DNA of 64,000 nucleotides from Chitinophaga pinensis. Its GTDB lineage: Bacteria; Bacteroidota; Bacteroidia; Chitinophagales; CAMDFR01. The stretch covers positions 38,248-102,247 of the forward strand of contig CAMART010000009.1 in assembly GCA_945860705.1 (NCBI GenBank). The letters run 5' to 3'. Of the stretch, positions 29,729 through 39,831 are shown one piece after another (position 1 is the stretch's first letter; each line of letters opens with the position of its first letter). The notes beneath the pieces were generated by a model. That model was not told the DNA's origin. It saw only the letters and a program-made list of their open reading frames with translations, and searched no databases. Both the position numbers and the translations under genes were made by a program.

Positions 29729-30061
29729 ATGGGAGCAACTAAAACAGAACATTTTACGGAGAAACAAAATCAATTAGCTATTGTACTAAAAGCAATAGCG
29801 CATCCTGCACGTATTGCTATTATTGAACATCTACTAAAGGTGAAGGCATGCATTTGTGTAGATATTGTAAATGAGATACCATTAGCTCAACCTACTATAT
29901 CGCAACATTTACGCGAATTGAAAAATGCAGGAGTTATCAAAGGGAATATAGAAGGCACTGCTATTTGCTATTGTTTAGATGAAAAGTGCCTCAGTTTATT
30001 AAGTACTTATTTTTCAAAGATGACTGATCAAATAAAAAAACATAATGCTTCTTGCTGTTAG
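29729..30061 (+). CDS. arsR: ArsR/SmtB family metalloregulator
   Basis: HPARIAIIEHL.....CICVDIV......QPTISQHLRELKNAGVI, a winged HTH with Cys residues. The start was moved to ATG 29729 because the track extension is hydrophobic low-complexity sequence. Confidence 0.85.
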   Translation: MGATKTEHFTEKQNQLAIVLKAIAHPARIAIIEHLLKVKACICVDIVNEIPLAQPTISQHLRELKNAGVIKGNIEGTAICYCLDEKCLSLLSTYFSKMTDQIKKHNASCC

Positions 30062-30106
30062 CAAAAAGTATATTCATAAATCAATTAACTATTAAAAAAT
30101 AATAAT

Positions 30107-30577
30107 ATGAAATTATCAATAGTAAAAAACACATTAAATAATCTATCTGCTGTCAATTTTAAATTAGAAGATGGTACTGATGTTCCAGTTCACTTTCATG
30201 TCACTGAAGTAGGAGTAGTAAGCAAACATTTTATAGATTGTGGAGGTACTGTAAGAGATGAAAAAGTGGCTAATTTCCAATTGTGGGATGCCAATGATTT
30301 TGACCATAGATTAGCACCACAAAAATTATTAAACATAATTGCACTCTCCGAAAAAACTCTTGGAATGGAAGACTATGAGGTAGAAGTAGAATATCAAACC
30401 TCTACAATCGGAAAATATGATTTAGATTTTGATGGTACTAGTTTTATTTTGAAATCTAAAAAAACAAATTGTTTGGCAAGCGATAAATGCGGAATACCAG
30501 CTGACAAATTAAAAGTAGATTTAAAAGATTTAGAAGCAAAAACTACCTGTTGTTCACCTGGTGGTGGATGTTGTTAA
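30107..30577 (+). CDS. DUF6428-like protein of ars operons, Cys-rich C-terminus
   Basis: It sits between arsR and arsC. It contains the VPVHFHVTEVG motif and a C-terminal TTCCSPGGGCC. The family name is from memory and was not searched. Confidence 0.55.
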   Translation: MKLSIVKNTLNNLSAVNFKLEDGTDVPVHFHVTEVGVVSKHFIDCGGTVRDEKVANFQLWDANDFDHRLAPQKLLNIIALSEKTLGMEDYEVEVEYQTSTIGKYDLDFDGTSFILKSKKTNCLASDKCGIPADKLKVDLKDLEAKTTCCSPGGGCC

Positions 30578-30679
30578 TTCTTATCAGAATAAAATTAATT
30601 ATTCATTTTGATCAGAAAACTAAAAATTAAAATAAGCAATGTCATCGAATAGTTTTTTCTACAAAAAAAAATTACATAT

Positions 30680-31291
30680 ATGTATAAAACAATACAGGAA
30701 CTTTTAGATGAGTTAAGCAAACAGTTCAATACAATTTCTGATGAACGAAAAACACTTTTATTTCAGATTAGTAAATATATACAAGAGAAAAAAAACAATG
30801 GCTTAGCTATTCAATTGGTTTATATATGTACACACAATTCACGTCGTAGTCATTTTGGTCAGATAGCAGCTACAATTGTGGCAAATTATTATAACATAAA
30901 AAATGTGGCATCTTATTCTGGTGGTACAGAGATTACTGCCTTTAATATTAATGCTATAAATGCATTAGAAAAATTAGGTTTTGAGATAGTCACCAACGAC
31001 TTAAATAATAATCCATTATACAAAGTATTTTATGATGAAGAGAATTATGTTAGTTGTTTTTCAAAAAAATATAATGATGATGCCAATCCTAAAAATAATT
31101 TTCTAGCAATTATGACTTGTTCAGATGCAGATGAAAATTGTCCATTGATTTTGGGTGCTGAAAATAGAATCAGTACAACCTATGAAGACCCCAAAAAATC
31201 AGATGGTACTGAACTTCAAGAACAAATTTATAAAGAAAGATTCAAACAGATAGCCCTTGAAACACTTTATGTTTTTTCATTAGTAAAATAA
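30680..31291 (+). CDS. arsC: arsenate reductase, low-molecular-weight phosphatase type
   Basis: CX5R P-loop CTHNSRRSH, plus the ars operon context. Confidence 0.8.
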   Translation: MYKTIQELLDELSKQFNTISDERKTLLFQISKYIQEKKNNGLAIQLVYICTHNSRRSHFGQIAATIVANYYNIKNVASYSGGTEITAFNINAINALEKLGFEIVTNDLNNNPLYKVFYDEENYVSCFSKKYNDDANPKNNFLAIMTCSDADENCPLILGAENRISTTYEDPKKSDGTELQEQIYKERFKQIALETLYVFSLVK

Positions 31292-31297
31292 AAAAAA

Positions 31298-32401
31298 ATG
31301 AGTATTAATAATTGCACTCCAGCTAATAGAAAGCATCTTGGATTTTTAGATAGATACCTGACTTTATGGATATTTTTAGCAATGATAATAGGTGTTACTG
31401 TAGGGTATTTTATACCATCTGTTGCAAGCACTATAGATTCTTTTTCAAATGGTACTACAAATATACCACTTGCAATTGGACTTATTCTGATGATGTATCC
31501 TCCACTTGCAAAAGTCAATTATGAAAAGATTACTCAAATATTTAAAAATGTAAAATTATTAGTTTTGTCATTATTGATTACTTGGGTGTTTGCACCTTTG
31601 TTTATGTTTTCATTAGCATATTTTTTTCTAAAAGATTATCCTGATTATTTTACTGGTCTTATACTTATAGGAATTGCTCCATGTATCGCTATGGTCATAG
31701 TATGGAACGAACTTGCAGATGGCAATAGAGAATACTTAGCAGGACTTGTAGGCATCAATAGCGTTTTGCAAGTTTTATTATATTCAGTATATGCTTATTT
31801 TTATTTAACTATCGTCCCAAATTTCTTGGGTATGAAAGCGTTAAGTATAAATATAACTATAGCTCAAATAGCACAAAGTGTATTTATATATCTAGGTATT
31901 CCTTTTTTAGCAGGTATTATTAGTAGATATACCCTTATTAAATGGAAAGGAGAGGAGTGGTACAACAAAGTATTCATTCCTAAAATTTCACCCATAACTT
32001 TGATAGCTTTATTATTTACCATTATTATTATGTTTAGTCTCAAAGGACAGATGATTGTGCAGATACCAATGGATGCAGTGCGTATAGCTATTCCACTAGT
32101 GATTTATTTTGCAGTGATGTTTGTTGTTACATTTTTGATAGCACGCAAAGTAGGTGCAGACTATGCTACCAATACTGCCATTTCTTTCACAGCTACAGGC
32201 AATAATTTTGAGTTGGCAATAGCAGTAGCAGTAGGAGTATTTGGTATTAATTCAGGTCAAGCATTTGCAGGAGTTATTGGTCCTTTAGTAGAAGTGCCAG
32301 CCTTGATTTTATTAGTAAAATTGGCGTTTTGGTTTAGAGGAAAGTGGTATAAAAAGGAACTTCAAAATTCTATATCAAATCCATCAAAGAGATATTTATA
32401 A
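31298..32401 (+). CDS. acr3: ACR3 family arsenite efflux transporter
   Basis: Ten-TM profile with conserved [27 protein letters not shown] and [10 protein letters not shown] (containing the conserved Cys). Confidence 0.9.
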   Translation: MSINNCTPANRKHLGFLDRYLTLWIFLAMIIGVTVGYFIPSVASTIDSFSNGTTNIPLAIGLILMMYPPLAKVNYEKITQIFKNVKLLVLSLLITWVFAPLFMFSLAYFFLKDYPDYFTGLILIGIAPCIAMVIVWNELADGNREYLAGLVGINSVLQVLLYSVYAYFYLTIVPNFLGMKALSINITIAQIAQSVFIYLGIPFLAGIISRYTLIKWKGEEWYNKVFIPKISPITLIALLFTIIIMFSLKGQMIVQIPMDAVRIAIPLVIYFAVMFVVTFLIARKVGADYATNTAISFTATGNNFELAIAVAVGVFGINSGQAFAGVIGPLVEVPALILLVKLAFWFRGKWYKKELQNSISNPSKRYL

Positions 32402-32413
32402 TATCTTTACAGT

Positions 32414-33418
32414 GTGAAAAAAGTTTCTGTAGTCATACTCAATTATAATGGTAGAAAATGGTTGGAAAAATTCTTGCCAAATGTAACACAGCACTGTCAA
32501 TATGATTGGTGTGAAGTAGTAGTGGCAGACAATGCTTCCACAGATGATTCAGTTGATTTTTTACTCAAAAACTATAGCCACCTTAAACTTATAGTACTGC
32601 AGTCAAATACTGGATATGCAGGTGGCTATAATCAATCACTTGCTCAGATAGATAGTGAGTATTTTATCTTACTCAATAGTGATGTAGAACTTACCGATAA
32701 CTGGTTGCCACCATTAATAGATTTTATGGATACTCATAAAGAAGTAGGTGCAGTGCAACCCATCATTAAATCCTATCTTCAGCCAGATGAATTTGAATAT
32801 GCTGGAGCGGCAGGAGGTTTTATTGATTTTTTGGGTTATCCATTTTGTAGAGGAAGAATTTTTGAGACTTTAGAAAAAGATAATGGACAGTATACTAAAA
32901 ATATAGAGTGCCATTGGGCTAGCGGTGCTTGTCTAGTGATAAGAAAAGAAATATTCAATAAAGTAGGAAAACTAGATGATGATTTTTTTGCTCATATGGA
33001 AGAGATAGACCTCTGCTGGAGAGTGCGTATGTATGGATATAAAGTATATTGTATTACATCAAGTACTGTATATCATGTGGGTGGAGGTACACTGCCACAA
33101 GGTAATCCACGGAAAACCTTCCTCAATTTCAGAAATAATTTGAGCATGATTTTCAAGAATGAATCCTTGTTTATAATGATATTGGTAATCATAGCTCGAT
33201 TATTCTTAGATGGATTAGCAGGTATTTATTCTTTGATAGTCAAAAAAAATATACAAGATGTAGTAGCTATTATCAAAGCTCACTGGAGTTTTTTCTTATT
33301 GATTCCTTCACTTATCAGAAAAAGAAATTCGGTGATTCGTGCTTCTGTAGTTATCTATAGATCTAGTATTGTATTCAATTATTTTATACAACAAAAAAAA
33401 TATTTTAAAGATTTGTAG
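32414..33418 (+). CDS. family 2 glycosyltransferase
   Basis: VSVVILNYNG......L.......VVADNAS.D.S, then LNSDVE and EE.DLCWR motifs. Confidence 0.85.
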   Translation: MKKVSVVILNYNGRKWLEKFLPNVTQHCQYDWCEVVVADNASTDDSVDFLLKNYSHLKLIVLQSNTGYAGGYNQSLAQIDSEYFILLNSDVELTDNWLPPLIDFMDTHKEVGAVQPIIKSYLQPDEFEYAGAAGGFIDFLGYPFCRGRIFETLEKDNGQYTKNIECHWASGACLVIRKEIFNKVGKLDDDFFAHMEEIDLCWRVRMYGYKVYCITSSTVYHVGGGTLPQGNPRKTFLNFRNNLSMIFKNESLFIMILVIIARLFLDGLAGIYSLIVKKNIQDVVAIIKAHWSFFLLIPSLIRKRNSVIRASVVIYRSSIVFNYFIQQKKYFKDL

Positions 33419-33483
33419 TACTTTGCTTTTTTAATATTAATTTTGGATATCCCTAATTTTTTATTTTCAAAATTATTATTTAA

Positions 33484-34776
33484 ATGAAACGAATCGTACT
33501 CCTTTGTCTATCCCTAGTATTCATTACTAATTTGCATGCAGCAGATGAACAATATCTAATCTCATACAAATTGGTGAAAACCCATACTAAAGAGACTTTG
33601 AGAGCTTTATGGAAAAAAAATAAGTTGCCTAGAGCTATTGTTCCGGTTAACTATGAAGTAGACATATATGAAGTGCTCTATAATGCAAAATTCGTAGATG
33701 GCACTATGCGTAAAGCTTCTGGAATATATTATGTAGCAAAAAATCCTAAGCATCCACTACCATATTTTATGTTTGGACATGGTACAGAGATACATAAAGG
33801 AAGAAAAATATCTGATGATGATGCACAGCAAGGCATTTGTTTGGGTGCAGCTACCAATGGATATAATTCTGTATATCCAGATTATTTTGGTATAGGAACA
33901 GGAGATGGAAACCATATATACCAACATGCAGAGAGCGAAGCCAATGCATTTATTTATATGCTCTATGCAATAGATGAAATGAACAAAAAAATAGGAGTGA
34001 AAACTAATGGACAATTATTTTTGACGGGTTATTCTCAAGGTGGTCATGCTTCATTTGCAGCACATAAATATCTAGAAAAATTAAATGATTCACGTTTTCA
34101 GGTTACGGCTAGCTCACCTATGAGTGGCGCTTATGATATGAATGGCGACCAAGCAAAATTTATGTTTCAAGAATATCCACGACCATTTTATTTGCCTTAC
34201 TTATTAGTTTCTTATCAAGAAGCATATAAAGTGATAGAAACCGATAATATCTATTCTATTTTCAAAGCTCCTTATGATTCAATTTTACCTTTTTATTTTG
34301 AAGGAGAAAGAACTCATGGATTGTGGGACTTAAATAGAATCCTGCCTAAAGTACCAAAAGAAGCTGTGAAAGATTCGTTTATAAATATGTTTTTAAATGA
34401 TCCAAATTTCACGTTTAATGAGAGACTGCAAGAAAATAATTTATACGATTGGATGCCAAAAGCACCAGTTCAACTGTGCTATTGTCAAGGAGATAGAGAA
34501 GTATCCTACAAAAACTCTGAAAAAGTATATGAAGACATGACTAAGAGAGGAAAGAAAAATATTAAGCTGAATAACCTGAGTCCAAAATTAGATCACAATA
34601 CTTGCGCATTATTTGCGGTGATGGCTACAGTTGGCTATTTCGATAGATTTAAAAAACATGGCGAAAATCCAAAAATGAAAGATGTACCAGGATTTAAAAA
34701 GTTTTTGCTCAGCATAGTTCGTAAACAAGAAGAGAAAAAATATCTAGAAACAAAGAGCGATCATGCGTATTATTAG
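33484..34776 (+). CDS. secreted alpha/beta hydrolase (lipase-like)
   Basis: Signal peptide and the nucleophile elbow GYSQGGH. Confidence 0.6.
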   Translation: MKRIVLLCLSLVFITNLHAADEQYLISYKLVKTHTKETLRALWKKNKLPRAIVPVNYEVDIYEVLYNAKFVDGTMRKASGIYYVAKNPKHPLPYFMFGHGTEIHKGRKISDDDAQQGICLGAATNGYNSVYPDYFGIGTGDGNHIYQHAESEANAFIYMLYAIDEMNKKIGVKTNGQLFLTGYSQGGHASFAAHKYLEKLNDSRFQVTASSPMSGAYDMNGDQAKFMFQEYPRPFYLPYLLVSYQEAYKVIETDNIYSIFKAPYDSILPFYFEGERTHGLWDLNRILPKVPKEAVKDSFINMFLNDPNFTFNERLQENNLYDWMPKAPVQLCYCQGDREVSYKNSEKVYEDMTKRGKKNIKLNNLSPKLDHNTCALFAVMATVGYFDRFKKHGENPKMKDVPGFKKFLLSIVRKQEEKKYLETKSDHAYY

Positions 34777-34780
34777 AAAA

Positions 34781-34857
34781 TAGACTTTAGATACTAGATA
34801 TTAGACTTAAAACTTTTAACATATAACTTTCAACTTTAATCTCGTAACTTTGTTGTC
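34781..34857. repeat. heptad-periodic tract (TAGAYNN phase merging into NNAACTT phase), 11 units
   Basis: Units: tagactt tagatac tagatat tagactt aaaactt ttaacat ataactt tcaactt taatctc gtaactt tgttgtc. The real stop TAG at 34774 is in exact 7-nt register with the tract. Confidence 0.8.
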
Positions 34858-34875
34858 TATTTAAAAGATGTGCAA

Positions 34876-35109
34876 ATGAAAAAGTATCTATTATCAGCAA
34901 TTTTAATGATATTTCAATTGGCTACTTACGCGCAATGTGCTATGTGCAAAGCCAATGCAGAAACGAGTGTAAACTCAGGTGCAAAAGACCTTATCAGTAT
35001 CAATAGAGGGATTATATATTTATTAGTAGCTCCATATATGTTGGTAATGACAGTAGGTCTTATCTGGTGGTATCATCGCAAAAAAGCACAAAAAGCTGCT
35101 CTAGATTAA
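34876..35109 (+). CDS. small membrane-anchored protein (signal peptide plus C-terminal TM segment)
   Basis: MKKYLLSAILMIFQLATYAQCAMCK..., followed by a C-terminal TM segment and a basic tail. Confidence 0.45.
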   Translation: MKKYLLSAILMIFQLATYAQCAMCKANAETSVNSGAKDLISINRGIIYLLVAPYMLVMTVGLIWWYHRKKAQKAALD

Positions 35110-35142
35110 ATATGTTTCCATGGCTTTATGAAAATATATTTT

Positions 35143-35631
35143 TTACAGTAGAATATAAAATCTAACGGCATATCCCAAAAATTCCTTTGTTTTTCCATCC
35201 AATGCTGGAATCATAAAATCAATTTTCTTTACTTCGCTAGTCATTTTATTTATTTTCTCATCAAAATGAGTTTCAGATACAAGTCTAATCTTCTCAATAT
35301 TATAATTTTCATAACCTATTATAATTTTCCTATCATCTAACATAACTGGATCTATTTCGGTTGTTGTATCATACTTTGTAATTAAACTATTAAACTCATC
35401 CAAATTGAGTGCTCGATCATTATTTTTTGAATCAGTAAATCCTTCATTATAGACTTTAATTTTTCCATCTTTTATAAGCCATGTAAAGTATTTAACAAGT
35501 TCATCAACTTGAGATTTATCGCTAGGGTTATAAGTCCCATCAACATATGATTTCAAACCTTTAAATTCTTGTGATTGAATATTTAGTACAAATATTGCAA
35601 CTAAAAAGAATGCGGAAAATATTTTTTTCAT
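35143..35631 (-). CDS. hypothetical secreted protein
   Basis: Signal peptide. No recognised motif. Confidence 0.5.
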   Translation of the reverse strand: MKKIFSAFFLVAIFVLNIQSQEFKGLKSYVDGTYNPSDKSQVDELVKYFTWLIKDGKIKVYNEGFTDSKNNDRALNLDEFNSLITKYDTTTEIDPVMLDDRKIIIGYENYNIEKIRLVSETHFDEKINKMTSEVKKIDFMIPALDGKTKEFLGYAVRFYILL

Positions 35632-35687
35632 TGTATTTGTTTTTTGGGTTAAATAAGTATAACGTTTTTGTTTTGTATTTTATTGTA

Positions 35688-35720
35688 TAAAAAAATCTCT
35701 TCAATTTTGAAGAGATTTTT
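35688..35720 (-). terminator. intrinsic terminator (bidirectional-looking) downstream of pgk
   Basis: Stem ATCTCTTCAA / TTGAAGAGAT (695-704 and 707-716), flanked by an A-run and a T-run. Confidence 0.45.
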
Positions 35721-35851
35721 AGAATATAGTTTTAAGTAATTTATTACAGCTAATATGTTTTTTAAATATTGAAAATCATATATTGAATTTAAAACTTTTA
35801 CTTACTGCTGTTATGCTGTCTTGAAATCCATAATATTGAATCTATTTTTTT

Positions 35852-35893
35852 ATTCAAAATTCAAAATTCTATAATTCAAAATTAATAAACTAG
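35852..35893. repeat. heptad-periodic ATTCAAA tract abutting the pgk stop codon
   Basis: Units attcaaa attcaaa attctat aattcaa aattaat aaactag. In mRNA sense this places TGA or TAA every 7 nt. Confidence 0.75.
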
Positions 35894-37083
35894 CCTCGTA
35901 TCGCTTTTATACCAGGTAGTTCTTTGCCTTCAAAAAACTCAAGCATAGCACCACCACCTGTACTCACATAGCTTACTTTATCTGCCAAATTAAATTTGTG
36001 AATAGCTGCAACACTATCACCACCACCTATCAATGAATAAGTGCCTTTGCTCGTAGCATCTGCTATAGCTAGTGCTATTTGTTTTGTACCATTACTAAAT
36101 TTATCCATTTCAAAAACACCCATTGGCCCATTCCAAAGAATAGTTTTAGAGTTGGCTATCACATCACAAAATTCTTTCACTGCTTTTTCACCTATATCTA
36201 ATCCCATCCATCCATCTTCTATATGCATATTGTCAGATACTTTAGTATTTGCATTTGCATCAAATTTATCAGCTATGATAGAATCTACAGGTAAATAAAT
36301 ATGTACGTTTTTAGCTTTTGCTTTTTTGATGAGTGAGTTGGCAAGATCTAGTTTATCCATTTCGCAAAGTGAACTTCCTATATTGCCTCCCATAGCTTTA
36401 AAGAATGTATACGCCATACCTCCACCGATGATAATATTATTCGCTACATTCAATAGGTTTTCTATGATCAATATTTTGTCAGATACTTTGGCACCACCAA
36501 GTATAGCTGTAAATGGTCTTTCAGCATCTTTCATTACTTTTTCAGCTGCACTTACTTCACCTTGCATACAGTATCCAAACATTTTTTCGCCAACATCAAA
36601 ATAGCTAGCTATCACAGCCGTACTAGCGTGTGCTCTATGTGCAGTACCAAATGCATCATTGATATATACATCACCAAGTTGCGAAAGTTCCTCCGAAAAT
36701 ACTTTATCGCCTTCTTCCTCTTCAGGATTGAAACGAGTATTTTCTAGCATCAAAACTTCTCCCATTTCTAATGTACCACATGCCAATACTGCTTCAGCAT
36801 CTATACAATTTGGTGCATGCTTTATAGGCATCCCAAGTAGCTTACTGAGCGTAGGAATCAGGTGTTTTGTAGAGTATTTATCTTCTGGGCCACTTTTGGG
36901 TCTACCAAAGTGAGTCATCAATATCACTGCACCACCATCAGCCAATACTTTTTTTATAGTAGGTATTGCAGCTTGTATTCTACTATCATCTGTCACATTA
37001 AAATCCTTGTCCATCGGAACATTGAAGTCTACACGTATCAATGCCTTTAAGCCTTTAAAATTGTAATTATCTATGTTTACCAT
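35890..37083 (-). CDS. pgk: phosphoglycerate kinase
   Basis: RVDFNVP, a GRPK-like stretch FGRPKSG, and GGGDS...STGGGA..E. The start is set at MVNIDNYNFKG (37083). The upstream 17 codons in the track translate the ATTCAAA repeat. Confidence 0.95.
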   Translation of the reverse strand: MVNIDNYNFKGLKALIRVDFNVPMDKDFNVTDDSRIQAAIPTIKKVLADGGAVILMTHFGRPKSGPEDKYSTKHLIPTLSKLLGMPIKHAPNCIDAEAVLACGTLEMGEVLMLENTRFNPEEEEGDKVFSEELSQLGDVYINDAFGTAHRAHASTAVIASYFDVGEKMFGYCMQGEVSAAEKVMKDAERPFTAILGGAKVSDKILIIENLLNVANNIIIGGGMAYTFFKAMGGNIGSSLCEMDKLDLANSLIKKAKAKNVHIYLPVDSIIADKFDANANTKVSDNMHIEDGWMGLDIGEKAVKEFCDVIANSKTILWNGPMGVFEMDKFSNGTKQIALAIADATSKGTYSLIGGGDSVAAIHKFNLADKVSYVSTGGGAMLEFFEGKELPGIKAIRG

Positions 37084-37195
37084 TTTATTAAATTTTGAAT
37101 TATTGAATTTTGAATTCATAAAAAATGAATTCAAAAAACCTACTTAAATTATGCAAGCTTTAATTAGTTTATTTTATAACCTTAAATTTTAATAG

Positions 37196-38295
<1,100 letters not shown>

Positions 38296-38359
38296 CTAGC
38301 CTATATAGACAATGAAATAGAGCTACTTAGGTATATAAAATAAAAAAATGCACAAATTA

Positions 38360-38391
38360 TTGACATCATGAATAAAAAGTTTGTATATTTG
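38360..38391 (+). promoter_or_regulatory. promoter of tRNA-Glu (TTGACA, 18-nt spacer, TATATTTG)
   Basis: TTGACA at 38360-65 and TATATTTG (TAnnTTTG consensus) at 38384-91, 19 nt before the tRNA 5-prime end. Confidence 0.45.
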
Positions 38392-38409
38392 CACTCCATT
38401 TTAGGAAAT

Positions 38410-38481
38410 GGCCCGTTCGTCTAAGGGTTAGGACACGTCCCTTTCACGGATGAAATAGGGGTTCGAATCCCCTACGGGTCA
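38410..38481 (+). tRNA. tRNA-Glu (anticodon UUC)
   Basis: Cloverleaf folded by hand. Acceptor GGCCCGU/ACGGGUC, anticodon stem CGUCC/GGAUG with loop CUUUCAC, and T-arm AGGGGTTCGAATCCCCT. No CCA is encoded. Confidence 0.9.
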
Positions 38482-38491
38482 CGCGCGACAG

Positions 38492-38521
38492 AAGCCTCAA
38501 GATTTTCTTGAGGCTTTTTTT
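38492..38521 (+). terminator. intrinsic terminator after tRNA-Glu
   Basis: An 11-bp stem AAGCCTCAAGA / TCTTGAGGCTT followed by a T-run. Confidence 0.7.
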
Positions 38522-38679
38522 ATTGCTTAGATTTTGTTTTTTTTTATTCTGTCGCTTGGTTCTGTCGAGTGACAATTATTATATTGCTTCTAGCATATAT
38601 ATATATAAGCCAGAGGCTATAGAATACAAATCACTTCACCCAAAATATGTAAGAGCCGAGCGATTGATTTGAATTATTC

Positions 38680-39333
38680 CTAAAACATTTTACTTCCTAT
38701 CCGAAGCATAGTACTTCCACAACTAAGAGCTAGTTCGTAGTCGCTACTCATACCCATAGATATTTCTTTAAAACTAGTTTGTGATTCAAAATAAGTAGCT
38801 TTTATTTCATCAAATAATTTTTTGAGTGATAAAAATTCATTTTTCACTTGCTTTTCATCTTCAGTGTTGGTAGCCATTCCCATCAAACCAACTAATTCTA
38901 TATTTTTTAAATCTTTTAGATTCTTATGTTGTAGTATTTCAACTAATTCATCTTTACTCAAGCCAAATTTTGTTTCCTCACTTGCTATATAGCATTGTAG
39001 CAAACATTTGATAATTCTATTATTTGCAGATGCATGTTTATTGATTTCTTCTAGTAGTTTCCAGCTATCTACACTATGTATACAAGCAATAAATGGCGCA
39101 ATATATTTTACTTTATTAGTTTGCAGGTGTCCTATCAAGTGCCACTCAATATCTTTTGGTAGTAGTTCCTGTTTATCACAAAGCTCTTGCACTCTATTCT
39201 CTCCATAGATTCTCAATCCAAAGTCATATACTTTTTGTATGGCTTCTATAGATTGAGTTTTTGTCACCGTGATGAGTCTAGCATCATACTTAAGAAGGAG
39301 AGGAGCAAGTTTATTGTAAAATTCTATATTCAT
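38680..39333 (-). CDS. yggS: YggS family pyridoxal-phosphate-dependent protein
   Basis: LITVTKTQS (PLP Lys), the HLIGHLQTNK motif, and SMGMS.D. Confidence 0.85.
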   Translation of the reverse strand: MNIEFYNKLAPLLLKYDARLITVTKTQSIEAIQKVYDFGLRIYGENRVQELCDKQELLPKDIEWHLIGHLQTNKVKYIAPFIACIHSVDSWKLLEEINKHASANNRIIKCLLQCYIASEETKFGLSKDELVEILQHKNLKDLKNIELVGLMGMATNTEDEKQVKNEFLSLKKLFDEIKATYFESQTSFKEISMGMSSDYELALSCGSTMLRIGSKMF

Positions 39334-39373
39334 ATTCTAAGCTTTTCATCAACGAAAATACTACATTTGTACT

Positions 39374-39724
39374 ATGAAGTTTGGTATAAAATCAATTTTA
39401 CTATTACTAGTGGTGATGGCTTTTCTGTCTTGCAAAGATAAAAAGGTACGTCCAAAAGATATTTTGAGCAAACAAGATTTTATAGATGTGCTCTGCGATA
39501 TACATATTGCGGATGCATATACTGAAAATAAAGGTTATCAGGCAGACACATTGGTACTCACCAATAAAAAGAATTTTGAAAAAGTACTGAGCAATCACAA
39601 AATAAAAAAAGAAATATTTGATAAAACCTATCAATTTTATACCCAAAATCCTGAAGACTTTGATCTCGTATACCTAGAAGTAATAGACAAACTCAGTCAA
39701 ATGCAAGCAGACGCCAATCGATAA
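39374..39724 (+). CDS. small lipoprotein (DUF4296-like)
   Basis: Lipobox LSC, then ....DILSKQDFIDVLCDIHIADAY. The family assignment is from memory. Confidence 0.45.
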   Translation: MKFGIKSILLLLVVMAFLSCKDKKVRPKDILSKQDFIDVLCDIHIADAYTENKGYQADTLVLTNKKNFEKVLSNHKIKKEIFDKTYQFYTQNPEDFDLVYLEVIDKLSQMQADANR

Positions 39725-39733
39725 AAATAGACG

Positions 39734-39757
39734 CTAGTCCCGAAGCTTCGGGACTAG
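39734..39757. terminator. bidirectional terminator hairpin between convergent genes
   Basis: A perfect 24-nt palindrome CTAGTCCCGAAGCTTCGGGACTAG embedded in a TAG-heptad tract. Confidence 0.6.
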
Positions 39758-39831
39758 ATGTTAGACACTAGATATTACAAATTATGCAGTATGAAAAACT
39801 TTGAACATTACACTTGAAACTTTTAACTATA
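39758..39831. repeat. heptad-periodic tract (TAGAYNN phase, then AACTTTN phase)
   Basis: TAG occurs at 39755, 39762 and 39769. The heptads aactttg aacatta cacttga aactttt aactata at 39797-39831 overlap the stop of the minus-strand gene (39827-29). Confidence 0.7.

Noticed and set aside
29657-33418. The ars operon as a horizontally acquired island or mobile element.
   Set aside because: There is no integrase or transposase, no flanking direct repeats and no adjacent tRNA. By eye the composition is no different from neighbouring genes. The operon is accessory in function, but no mobility signal is visible.
36041-37050. Five plus-strand ORFs (36041, 36326, 36562, 36659, 36862) and many similar antisense ORFs elsewhere (for example 815-1199, 7836-8099, 10590-11240, 13310-14578, 15906-16184, 21927-22589, 28130-29542, 37289-37915, 54458-54896, 59628-60244, 63203-63451).
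   Set aside because: They lie entirely within, and antisense or out of frame to, strongly supported genes. They have low-complexity or Ser/Ile/Phe-rich translations and no motifs, which is typical of shadow ORFs in AT-rich DNA.
37084-37134. N-terminal extension of pgk (MNSFFMNSKFNNSKFNK) given in the ORF track.
   Set aside because: It is the translation of the TTTGAAT heptad repeat and hairpin. Phosphoglycerate kinases begin close to the MVNIDNYNFKG... position, so I set the start at 37083.
38595-38607. An (AT)n microsatellite, and short TTCTGTCG direct and inverted repeats around the tRNA-Glu terminator (38485-38566).
   Set aside because: The elements are short (13 nt and 8-9 nt) and are expected by chance in AT-rich spacers. 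There is no supporting context.
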